This document shows positions 36,438 to 47,299 of a DNA stretch of 64,000 nucleotides, one piece after another (within the stretch, counting starts at the first letter, position 1; every line of letters starts with the position of its first letter). This DNA comes from Lytechinus pictus (taxonomy: Eukaryota): the NCBI RefSeq assembly GCF_037042905.1, contig NC_087245.1, positions 9,116,001 to 9,180,000 of the forward strand. Reading direction: 5' to 3'. A program made the translations under genes and the position numbers. The notes below the pieces were generated by a model that saw nothing but the letters and a program-made list of their open reading frames with translations, ran no database searches and had not been told where the DNA came from.

Positions 36438-39400
36438 ATGGCAAAGATGATGAGAGGTAAAACCGAGCGTTTGGCACCTTCGGCTGTACTACCATCGATG
36501 AGATCCACACAAGACATTGACAGTAACTTCCATATCATTAGTAGTGGAAGGAGTCAGATACTAAAAAGCATTCTGCTGTTAATACTGGTTATTCTCCAGA
36601 TAGATTACGTCAGCATGTGCCCAGCTGGATGCGTATGTACGACATTTTCCCTAAATGGCTTAAGAGTTGATTGTTCTAACGCTGAGCATACTTTAATTCC
36701 AGAGGATATCCCTTGTTCGACTATATTGTTCATTCTTAATGATAACCTTCTGCAGAGGGTTCACCAAAGGGCATTCCCATGTCAAGTCGATATGCTCTCC
36801 TTGATGCTTCGGAACAATGTCATAAAAATTGTGGAAGAAGGTTCCTTCGAAAACTTAAGGTCACTGATGGAGCTTTCTTTCACAGGAAACAGACTGATAC
36901 GCCTCCCTTCATTTAGACATTGTAAAGACCTCATAAATGTAAATCTGTCGTTCAACTTTTTAAGTGGTTGGCCCTCACACTTTTCCAATGAATCAATATA
37001 TTCTCTATTTTTAATTCGTTCCAATCCATTCGATCATAGTTACAAGAAAAATCATGTAGTACCATATGCAGTACAATTCCTTGACATGTCTGGTGTTGTT
37101 ACCCCTGTGATTTCGTCAAATTCCTTTTCACACCCTGCTCACACTCTGAGACTAGGAATGTCGTCTTGTGGCATTTACCGTGTAAACCCCCTCTCAGAAC
37201 TATCTGCCATAAGATTTATAATATTATCTTACAATCGCATAAGATTCATTGATCTACATGCATTCAGAAATCTCCGGGATTTGATTAAATTAGATCTTAG
37301 ACATAACAACATTCGCACGATTCCGGTTCTTTCTGATTTGCCCTCTCTACAAACGATCAATTTGAATTACAACTCTATATCTGGAGCAATTGAGGGTGCT
37401 CTTATAAACGTACCTAGCCTGGAATCTTTACTTCTTCTTGGAAATTCCATTGTTAACTTATTATTTATTCCTCCGATACCATCTCTTAGGGGGCATATTT
37501 TGAATGAAAATTATTTAGTAGGTTGTCTTAATCTGACACAAGAGGTATCATACTGGCCCTCTATCGAAATCATAAATGTCGCAGATAACGGTCTAACCGG
37601 ACTCAATATCGGGGAATGTTCCAAGGTAGAAATGCTACGTGCTGAAAATAATTTCTTGCGATCCGTCTTCTTTCAGCATCCCATGTCATGTACACACATG
37701 ACCGATATCATTTTGGATTACAATAGAATCCCAAACTTGTTAATTCTCAATGGTTTGGTAAACCCGGAGTTCATTTCCTTCCGTTCTAATCTTGTAGATG
37801 TGTTAGATGAAAATATGTTGATGAATATGAGCAACTTACAGTATTTAGATCTACAGAAAAATATGATAAGAGAATTAATCCGCTTACCCGTCTTACCAGC
37901 ACTTCAGATCCTTGATTTATCTTATAACAAGATACTGTGCATTGATGAAACTGCTTTTGAATTTATCAGTTTGTACCATATCGATCTGAGCGGTAATCAA
38001 CTTTACAGATTAACATCATTTACTGGGGTTCCTTCACTAAAATCGCTATACCTCGACAAGAACCAATTAGTCAATATATTTGCCGCAGATGTAGGGGAAA
38101 TTCCCTCGTTGGAGACTTTGTCTATTGCCGGAAATGGTTTAGCAACCTTCCCTCTGCTGCCACGTAATCGAATCAGACTACTCAACTTAGCTGACAACAA
38201 CATATCGGCATGTGAACTGCCTGTAATTCAGCAATACATTGCTTTGGATATTCTCATCATCAGCGACAATTGGGTCCATTGCAACATCCGTTTTCCCTCG
38301 GCGCTGAGGAGGCTCACAATCGACAACAACAAAATCGAAAGAACGAACGAAACTTTGAAATACTTGCTCTCCGATGTCGAACTTTTGTCCATGAGAAAGA
38401 ACAGAATATCCTCACTTGGTCAAGAAATAAATCCAGGCCCCTCCTTATTATATCTGGATTTATCTCGTAACCATCTGACGTACATTCCACCCTTCAAATT
38501 TTATCTCGCAAGTTCACTGACAACGCTTAAGCTAGAAGGCAATTCTATATCAACCATTAATGAACACTCTTTCTTTGGTCTCGCAAGACTTCACCATCTT
38601 GACCTACAGTGGAATCAAATAACGTCTTTACCTGCTGAGTGTTTCTCACCAATACGTCGCCTAAGTCATTTATATCTTACAGGTAATCCAATCCATACGG
38701 TGCCAGGTTACGTTTTTTCATCATTCGGGCAAATATTGCCAATTAAATATTTGTTCTTTTCTCACTCTAATAGCTTTGGAATATTCCCACCTTCGCTCCT
38801 AAATAGATCTCTGTCTTATATCATCATGAGGAACAACTCAGTGGTAAGAGCCTTATATCAGAACACGTCTTTTCTTTTTAAGCTAGATAATACTGTAGCT
38901 ATCGACTTTAGCCAGAATGTCTTAACAAAAAATATTCCCCGAATAGATTCAAGGAAACTCCGATTATTGAATATATCACACAATTCTTTCAAAATGATAC
39001 CAGAACAGCTTGTGAAAGAATCACACTTCCCTTTTCTCCAAACTATAGATTTATCTTGGAACCAAATCGCAGTTGTTAAGAAGAAAACCTTTTCGTACCT
39101 GACAAAACTAGCCAATGTTTTCCTCAATCACAACGAAATTGTGCTTATACAAAATGGGGCTTTTCCACCATCCTATTCGATAGATTTCTTAGACTTAAGT
39201 GAAAACAACCTAAGTCTCATCAAGATGGAAGAACTGCCTCCTATACACCCTCATCTACATGTTGATACCTCTGGAAACCCGTTGAAATGCGATTGTGATC
39301 TGCAGTTTTTCCAGAATATGTTTCCTGTTTTTACTTCGGCAGTCAATTGTGTTTCTCCATTTGAATCCGGGTTTGAATCCAACAACCTGAGTCTAGCTGA

Positions 39401-40001
39401 TGCTGTACTGAACGGAGAAGAGTGTGAGAGTCTCATGTGTTCGCCTCCCAATCCATTCTTAATCGCCTATGAAGATGATGTCAATTTGATTCTGCCTTGT
39501 CCTTTGAATGTGACAAGATTTGACGAAATCGTTTGGACCCTACCCAGCGGCATGACTCTAAGTATAGCTACAAGCACATGGTCAGAACACCGCGTATTCG
39601 TCACTGCTGAAGGGTCTCTTAATTTCAGTGCCGTAGCAGGGGAAATGTCGGGCAAGTACTTGTGTTCTGCCCCACATTTAGGAGCATACTTAGATTATCC
39701 CCTACACCTCGCTGTGGCTAAACGTGGACGTTCTGTGACACAAAACATATCTATCGCCGCCTCTCTGTGGAAGGGACGAGCCCATTGCGGAAGACATTCA
39801 CCTATCGATAATCAACAGGATCAAGAAAGCATCTTTTTCCCAACGTTTGCAATTATCTTGTTATCAATTCTGTGTGTCATTGTTAGTAGCACACTGGCCA
39901 TCGTTATATGTTGTAGAATGAAGCAGACTTCATCAATGGAAAATGAGTCTGATGGAAATAGATGTCAGATCATGCCGACAGTCAGAACAGAGATAAGATA
40001 A
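36438..40001 (+). CDS. LRR-Ig-transmembrane (LIG-type) cell-surface protein, 1187 aa, single coding exon
   Basis: Acceptor TTTCATTTATAG ends at 36435, ATG at 36438. Domain order: hydrophobic signal-like segment (ILLLILVILQI), LRRNT (CPAGCVC..VDCS), roughly 25-30 LxxLxLxxN repeats, LRRCT (GNPLKCDCDL), Ig domain (LILPCP..IVWTLPSG..SGKYLCSA), TM helix (FAIILLSILCVIVSSTLAIVICC), ~28-aa tail. Confidence 0.93.
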   Translation: MAKMMRGKTERLAPSAVLPSMRSTQDIDSNFHIISSGRSQILKSILLLILVILQIDYVSMCPAGCVCTTFSLNGLRVDCSNAEHTLIPEDIPCSTILFILNDNLLQRVHQRAFPCQVDMLSLMLRNNVIKIVEEGSFENLRSLMELSFTGNRLIRLPSFRHCKDLINVNLSFNFLSGWPSHFSNESIYSLFLIRSNPFDHSYKKNHVVPYAVQFLDMSGVVTPVISSNSFSHPAHTLRLGMSSCGIYRVNPLSELSAIRFIILSYNRIRFIDLHAFRNLRDLIKLDLRHNNIRTIPVLSDLPSLQTINLNYNSISGAIEGALINVPSLESLLLLGNSIVNLLFIPPIPSLRGHILNENYLVGCLNLTQEVSYWPSIEIINVADNGLTGLNIGECSKVEMLRAENNFLRSVFFQHPMSCTHMTDIILDYNRIPNLLILNGLVNPEFISFRSNLVDVLDENMLMNMSNLQYLDLQKNMIRELIRLPVLPALQILDLSYNKILCIDETAFEFISLYHIDLSGNQLYRLTSFTGVPSLKSLYLDKNQLVNIFAADVGEIPSLETLSIAGNGLATFPLLPRNRIRLLNLADNNISACELPVIQQYIALDILIISDNWVHCNIRFPSALRRLTIDNNKIERTNETLKYLLSDVELLSMRKNRISSLGQEINPGPSLLYLDLSRNHLTYIPPFKFYLASSLTTLKLEGNSISTINEHSFFGLARLHHLDLQWNQITSLPAECFSPIRRLSHLYLTGNPIHTVPGYVFSSFGQILPIKYLFFSHSNSFGIFPPSLLNRSLSYIIMRNNSVVRALYQNTSFLFKLDNTVAIDFSQNVLTKNIPRIDSRKLRLLNISHNSFKMIPEQLVKESHFPFLQTIDLSWNQIAVVKKKTFSYLTKLANVFLNHNEIVLIQNGAFPPSYSIDFLDLSENNLSLIKMEELPPIHPHLHVDTSGNPLKCDCDLQFFQNMFPVFTSAVNCVSPFESGFESNNLSLADAVLNGEECESLMCSPPNPFLIAYEDDVNLILPCPLNVTRFDEIVWTLPSGMTLSIATSTWSEHRVFVTAEGSLNFSAVAGEMSGKYLCSAPHLGAYLDYPLHLAVAKRGRSVTQNISIAASLWKGRAHCGRHSPIDNQQDQESIFFPTFAIILLSILCVIVSSTLAIVICCRMKQTSSMENESDGNRCQIMPTVRTEIR

Positions 40002-40234
40002 GTAAAATTAATTTTAAAGAGATATGATAACTTTACATAAATATGGGATGCATGACCCGATCGGCTATAGGCAAACCGTGAAAGTAGGGATCTAAATATC
40101 CCTTATTTAAATAATATAAAATATATAGCAAATCCTTTCACAAGGCTTCATTGTGTTATCCAAGTTAGAATATTCAACCCACGTAAATATCATAGAATCA
40201 AGACTAATACAAAAATTTACTAACTATCTGATTA

Positions 40235-40765
40235 TTCAAATTCATTTATTTCACATCTCTTAAAGAAGAGGGTACAATACATAGTGAGTTAATGCAATAG
40301 AGTAAAAAAAAAATTACAGTTGTACAATTTACATAAAAAATAACAAGAAAAAAACATAGAACAATGAATGCATGAGGGAGTAACAAAAAGCCATTGGCCT
40401 ATCTAGGATACTTCCTTTTTACATTCATTATTGATAATAAAACAAAACAATATCTTCCAATCAACTTTTGAGATTGAAAAACAAAGATCTAAAAATTAAA
40501 CCAAATCAGTAGTCTGGTAGAACAAAACAACAGCAATTAAAAGCTAAAACAAAACGTAAAAACAAAAACATTGTTCATAACAGACAAGCTTATTCATTGA
40601 GTAGTACAATTATTTAACAGGTAAGATTGACATTTTTAACGAGTTTAAAAAAGGCCATTGTTTAATTTCAGTGGGCAAATTGTTCCATACGAGTGGTCCA
40701 TTATGACTTACGACTGTTCTCGAGAAATTATGACGGTAAAAAGGAATACATAGTCTATCAGATAT
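40235..40765 (-). mobile_element. LINE (CR1/L2-group) 3' fragment
   Basis: Minus strand encodes DRLCIPFYRHNFSRTVVSHNGPLVWNNLPTEIK, typical of an ORF2 C-terminus, followed by a T-rich 3' UTR and a GAAATAAATGAATTTGAAT-type tail. Confidence 0.65.
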
Positions 40766-42135
40766 CAATATGATAATCATATTCTACATTTTTATCAATG
40801 TTTTTACTTTTCTGGAGGGAAATAAACTATTGCCATGGCAACGGGCCCTTCGCAACATTGATATTTCTTTTTATTTTATTCAAGCAATACCAAGGCAACA
40901 TGAATTTTTATATTTTTAAACAACCCATGCAGAACATGCTTTAGTCCAAATTTGAACAATTGCTTATCCGCTTTACTATTAACATAAATGATTATTCTAA
41001 TTTATTTTTTAATTCACTGATTCGTTTATTTATTTTATATCATAGGATGGATAGCCCTTTCAGCTGAGCTGATATTTAAAAATAATTATGAATATATTTC
41101 AATAAAAGGGGAACATAAGATGCAGCAAAATTCAAACAAAGCTAAATAACAAAGTAAATGGTATAAACACAACACAGCACAACAATTTAACTACAATTTG
41201 GAAAAAAAAACATTAAAGAGGCAAACGTTTGATAGTATACAAATAAATCATAGTAAACACAATCAAAATGATCAAAATACAATGAAGAGTGACAGCAATA
41301 TATACAATAGTTCAGCACAATACATGCATAGTTATGTTAAAAAGTAAATAAAAAAAGGGGGGTCAAATTTAAAAAAAATTAAATAACATTGACGAAAATG
41401 ATAGAATATTAAAAATGAATATAATACATTAAATATTGAAATGAATAAAAACACAAAGGTTGGCAACAAATTTTATTAAGTTATAAAAATCAATTTTTTA
41501 TCTTAAGACGAAAACAAATACAATACAACATCCAAAAGGAAAACAATAAGAGGAGAGAAATAAGGATTCAAAACAAAAGCACGCATTGATTTTGAGAATT
41601 AGTTACATGTTCAAATTCTTTGTCTGATACAGTGGAATGTCTTTGTACAAGAACTTATGTTATGTAAGGAATTTAATCTAGAATATAGTATTAATGGTAA
41701 GATGTACGATTAAGTTGTCGTTGTTTTCTAAATGAAAAGTCTAAATGTTGGTTCTAGTCACTTTGATCTTTTTTTTTTTTTTTTTTTTTTTTTTTGGGGG
41801 GGGGTTAGTGTGTGTGAAATCACTTTTCAAGTATTAAATTAGGCAAGATTTTAATGAACCTATGGTGTTAAAATGGCCTTCACTGAAGAAAATAAAATCC
41901 TTACCGAGGGAGGACGCTCAATTTGATCAATTGAAAATCACGGTAGGCTTCGAATAACCAAATTATATTTTTTTAATATAACAAGGAAGATGAAAACAGC
42001 CTGAATAAAGTGCAAAGGAGAATGATAGTGCAACTGTACAATTGCATCAGGTCATACTTTAACAAAATATTTCCTATTTTTTAAAATAATTTACACAATT
42101 TAGATGGTATTTCTAAAATTAAACTTATATATCTA

Positions 42136-43276
42136 AACCCCTCAAAAAAAGTTTGGAAATCTGAGTTTGGCCATTGATTTCTCCCGACTCCCAATTATAC
42201 ATAATGCATATTTGATATCATTCAAAAGATCATTTAATTTTCTTTAAAATGATACCATACTTGTTATGATCATGCCATCACAAAAAGAGTAGGATTCAAA
42301 AGTGTTGGATGAGGTCTGAATTGAAAAGCTTCAACGAGCAAAAAAAGTTTGAAAATCTCACTTTGGCCATTAATTTCTCCCAACTCCCAATTTTACACAA
42401 TGCATATTTTATATCATTCAAAAGATCATTTAATTCTCTTTAAAATGATACCATGCTTGTTAAGATCATGCCATCACGTAAAGAGCAGGATTCGAAAGTG
42501 TTGGATGAGGTCTGAACTGAAAAGCTGCAAAACGAGCAGAAATAGTCATGAAGGGTCATGATTCTTTTGTCTGTGTCAATACAGATGAAAATCCATTCAA
42601 ATCAAGCCCCTGCTTTTGTAGTGATGGTTCCGTGAGTCGTGAGATAACATGGTTATGAGTCGTGGTTTGAAATACACATACATGTTTGTTTGTTATGTGT
42701 TTGCTTGTGCAGAGGTGTGTTTGATTCCATGTTAATGTTGATGTTAAGGTGCATGAGAATAATTAAAAGAAAACCGCTGAGAAACTCACTCATCACCACT
42801 GAAAAAAGAACAGTGACATTCAATATTGTGTAATTTTGCAACTTTTGAATTTTGACCTTGCCCCACATTTCAAGGCACTGCACCTCCATTTGAACCATAA
42901 TCATATAATGTAGGGTATCATTTTAAAGAAAATCAAATGATCTGTTCATTGATATCAATTACACATTGATTTTCACTAAAACCGATGTGAAATTATCGAT
43001 CAAAGTCAAAAGAAATCGCTGAGAAACTCACTCATCACCACTGAAAAAAGAACAGTGACATTCAATATTGTGTAATTTTGCAACTTTTGAATTTTGACCT
43101 TGCCCCACATTTCAAGGCACTGCACCTCCATGTGAACCATAATCATATCATGTAGGGTGTCATTTTAAAGAAAATTAAATACTCTATTCATTGATATTAA
43201 TTACACATTGAAATTTACTAAAATCGCGGAGGGATTATCGATCAAAGTTAGATTTCCAAACTTTTTTTGAGGAGTT
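42136..43276. mobile_element. TA-flanked TIR element with two internal tandem duplications (~200 bp x2 and ~242 bp x2)
   Basis: TA|AACCCCTCAAAAAAAGTTTGGAAATCT ... AGATTTCCAAACTTTTTTTGAGGAGTT|TA. Duplicated blocks at ~42143/42341 and ~42775/43017. Confidence 0.75.
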
Positions 43277-43334
43277 TATAAACATTTAAGGTATAAAATG
43301 TTGATTAATATTTTTTTTTAAATAATTAAAAAAT

Positions 43335-43586
43335 CCATATTTTATTGTTCGAAATAGACATGAAATGAAATACTCCGAAAATTTGCTTTGCCCAATTAAT
43401 CGTGGGCCCGGCAGCCGCTGTGCAGCGCCAGATCGACGAGGCTCTATCCCTTTAATCGTTGAACGCCAAACAGGGTAGCAGCAACTCCCATCTTTTAACG
43501 TCTTTTGGTCTGACGCGGCCGGGATTTGAACCCCCGACCTCCCGGTTGTGAGACGGACGCTCTACCAACTGAGCCAACACACCGGT
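43335..43586 (-). mobile_element. tRNA-derived SINE
   Basis: Minus strand head has A box TGGCTCAGTTGG and B box GGTTCAAATCC, no complete acceptor stem, and runs into a ~180-nt body ending in an AATAAAA/AT-rich tail. Confidence 0.8.
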
Positions 43587-43885
43587 ACATAAGAATGCCT
43601 CTAATCGGTAATATTGGGTATGGTCAATGATTATATACGCCCCAAGCTTACAGAAAGCGTCATGGAAGGCCTAAAATAATTAGCATTGTTATTGGTATGT
43701 TATGATCTTTACAATCATTATTGTGGTTATTGTTAGTATAAGCTTGCACGAGTCTATTTGTGTCATCCTATACATTATATTACTATTGTATAAGGATAGA
43801 GAATCCTCAAATATTGATCAATGAAAGTGACAAACAATCAAATTTACACTAAGATTGACGTATATTATTATTACTATTATTTATC

Positions 43886-43886
<1 letters not shown>

Positions 43887-43959
<73 letters not shown>

Positions 43960-43985
43960 TGGTGGTGGTGGTGGTGGTGGTGGTG
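43887..43985. repeat. (TAG)n grading into (TGG)n microsatellite
   Basis: Direct observation. Confidence 0.95.
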
Positions 43986-44320
43986 TTAGAAGTATGCTTG
44001 TCAGCATTTGTCTATCATTATTCTTTTAAAATTAATTCGCTTTTATCAACTGATATGTATGATATTCTTTTGCTTCATTGAAGCTATAATTCATCATTAT
44101 TATATTATCATCATTATTATCATTATAAGAAGCAGCTGGTGCATTCACGTGTTCAGCTCTGGAATGATGATAATAATTATAATATAAACAAATAAATGTA
44201 ATTTCTATTAAATTTCTACTTTTTTTGTACATGAGTGTTATACGTCGGTGTCCGCCAAAATAGGAACTTCAAAATATATAGACAATGTATAACCATGATA
44301 ACTATACGTAGACCAATTCT

Positions 44321-44478
44321 GGGGGCGTTTCATGAAAGGACTTGTCGGACGTTTTATCCGACAAGTCCCATTTTATCTGACAGTTACCATAGTAACAGTA
44401 CCTCTCAGCCAATCAACATCAGAGAAAGATGTCAGATCTGACAACTTGTCGGATGAAAATGTTGATGAAACACTCCCC
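44321..44478. mobile_element. Harbinger-like MITE
   Basis: GGGGGCGTTTCATGAA ... TTGATGAAACACTCCC flanked by CTG; internal inverted CTTGTCGGA/TCCGACAAG motifs. Confidence 0.55.
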
Positions 44479-44865
44479 TGGTCTCATAACATACAGCTTA
44501 GCGATTGGTGCTCGGGATGATTGAGAATCGAGTGCATCGGTTATTATGTATATCTATGTTTGTTAATACCGATGTCACTCATTTTTTTTTTACTATTTAC
44601 TATGTCTGAATTTAAATTGTTTAATGCATTTTTTCCTGTACATTGTTAGATGTTCACTATGTCAACAGGACCATGTTGAAAAACAGTGTATATATTATCT
44701 GAACATGCTTATCCTGTATAAAGATTTTTAAATAAATAAATAAATAAAATAAATAAATGTGTGATCAATCACAAAAACGTAACAATAATTAGCGCCATGA
44801 TCAATCTCTAGGTTCTATGCTACAGGGCTCTCGTGTACAATGAGAAGCAAATTTGAATTCAACTT

Positions 44866-45136
44866 GGCCCCGTCTTACAAAGAGTTGCGATTAATCTGAT
44901 CAATCGCAACTATGGAAAGCCAGCAAGGTCAACATATAAAATGCATGTTTGTTTAAAAATTGTTCTAGATATGAATGTATATCAATAAATTCATTGACTT
45001 CTTGACAATTTGATGTGTTCTCCTTTGTTTACAAAGGACATTTTGCTAATTTCCTGTAGACAAAATTATAACACTGATGGATTTCCAAAGAGTTACGATT
45101 GATTGGATCAATCGTAACTCTTCGTAAGACGGGGCC
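44866..45136. mobile_element. Harbinger-like MITE
   Basis: GGCCCCGTCTTACAAAGAGTTGCGATT ... AATCGTAACTCTTCGTAAGACGGGGCC. Confidence 0.7.
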
Positions 45137-46329
45137 CTGGTGTACCAATCGTGCTATTTACAGGTGTGTATCTTAGGTGTTGTATTTTAAATGTTGAAAA
45201 TAAATATCCACAACCTCAAATCTCTATTATTTGTTTATGTCTAATTGAAGAGATGCATGTACGTAAGGATACTGAACTAATCATTACAACGATGTCTCGT
45301 TTTATGCAGAGAGTGAAGACAATCAATCTGCTGTAGTAAAATTTTATTCACAAGATTCTGTCTGACAAAGCTGAGCTTACCTTGGCATTCGATTAAAAAT
45401 TACTATGGAATATGAAGAATGAAGAAAACTTGTAAAAAAAACTGTCCATCAATCCGATTGTCGCCAGTAGCAATTGCAATGGTCTAAATAAATAAAGCGT
45501 AATGATTATTATTACATATAACCACTGGTATGTAGTGGCGGCACCATGATTTTTAAACAAGGGGGAATAGGGGCAAACGCGGGTTGGGCAAAGGCGGACA
45601 CGATTTTTTCCCCGTTTCATAAAATCAAGCGTGAAGGGCGAACTAATTATATATATATGTATATATATAATATGCCCTACTGACTTAAAAGGGGACTTGT
45701 TAAGAACTGTTGGTGTCAACACCAGCCACAACACTGTACTTGAAATAATGCTGATGTTGGGATTGACCACGGGAAATATGACGTATTTCCGGCAGTTCGT
45801 GTTGAGCGCTGGTGTTGAATGTCTACGTGTAATTTCCAGCCCCCAGGGATCGGGAAAATTGTGATTTCTTCAAGTTCGGTATTGGTGTTGGACTGGTGGT
45901 GTTGGTGATTTGAAGCCCACGAACAGCACGAAACATCGATTTTACAGTTAAGATGAATGCAAATCATTAAATCCTTAAACAATTTAATGGACAATAATGT
46001 TTACTCTTTCCGATTGTTGAAGTTATTTTACTTTAGCCTTCGTATCCTGTACGATGATATTTTACTGTAATTTCTCCCCGCTTTCACTTTCGTCCTCGAG
46101 AAATTCTCACGTAAATTTGAAATGATCAGCAGCCATAGTTTATCTCTGTCAGCAGCGAAGCGCAGAGGCGTGACTTCATAGGCTATCGATAGCGCGATTG
46201 GTATCGTTCCTCTGAGCCCAGCTCGGTGTTATTTTAATTTGAACCTCATATAACATGTATAATAATTATAGAACAGTTTTTGTATGGCGCATTGAACCTT
46301 ACATATGTCTCAATGTGTGATAAGAAAAA

Positions 46330-46660
46330 GAAGCTGATGGTAATGCTATGAAGATATTACCAGTTAAATTAATATGTTTTCAATGCCCAATTGTATCAAC
46401 TTGCTTTAAGTTGTGTTGGATACTATTCCAGAGTTCCGGCGCTGCGTGCGCAAACCCCCGTTTACCATAAAATGCTGTCTTAACAACAGGTACATTATAT
46501 ATATCCTTATGAAGTGATCTAAGATTCCGAACAGGTTCATATTTTACAAGTAACTCACACATATAAGATGGAGCCATCTGTCGAAAACACTGAAATGAGA
46601 GTAGCAAGATCTTGAACTTAATACTTGACCCGACCGATAACCAATATAAATTAAAAAATA
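46330..46660 (-). mobile_element. L2-type LINE ORF2 C-terminal fragment
   Basis: Translation KFKILLLSFQCFRQMAPSYMCELLVKYEPVRNLRS..YGKRGFAHAAPELWNSI matches the characteristic L2/CR1-group ORF2 end. Confidence 0.8.
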
Positions 46661-47299
46661 CTTTTCATTCACATTTTCATAAAATGAGCAGAGTACGATT
46701 TGTTCTAAAATCGGATCATGGACCAGTCGTAAGCCTTAATTATACGCTGGGTCTGCGATATTAATGATACTAGTTTAAATGTAAGAGAATAATTAAAATA
46801 AGGTCGGTGACATTGCGTTATTTAAAAAATCAACGAAGACTGAATATCCATGAACTACTGGAATGTACTAGAAGTGTAATATTGTTGATGCAATGTACTC
46901 TGAAGTTCACACATTTTGTTCATCTGATTTAACTTTGCTTGATTTTAGCCGTATTTTGAAGATCGAGAGCTGTTTGACATACTATGATCGTGATGTACCA
47001 ATACCGTACAATATGTACTACATCGTCTTGTAGCGCAACACACGTAACATACGAAGAAGCCAATTTGAATAATGACTTGCGCCGAGTTCAAGTTTTTTAA
47101 GTATGTTTTGAAGTTTTTGGTATAATTGGATGCACCATACATTTTTGGTCTACAGCTGACTTTCCTTCAAATTATGTATATGCAAGCCCTGAGGCCCCAA
47201 AGATTGTTCATATCCATATATTATAAATTGACTTTGACAACTTGTTCAGATTACTCGTTACCTCCGATGAACTCTACATTCTGATACTGATGCATTTTA

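Noticed and set aside
36420..40001. Toll-like receptor
   Set aside because: No TIR domain follows the TM helix and an Ig domain is present. The ORF-track start at 36420 lies upstream of the splice acceptor.
43510..43586. Functional tRNA gene on the minus strand
   Set aside because: The acceptor stem does not close, there is no adjacent terminator, and it continues into a SINE body.
45700..46140. Decayed coding sequence on the minus strand (MAADHFKFT*EFLEDESES..)
   Set aside because: Multiple stops and no recognisable domain; a call cannot be supported without a search.
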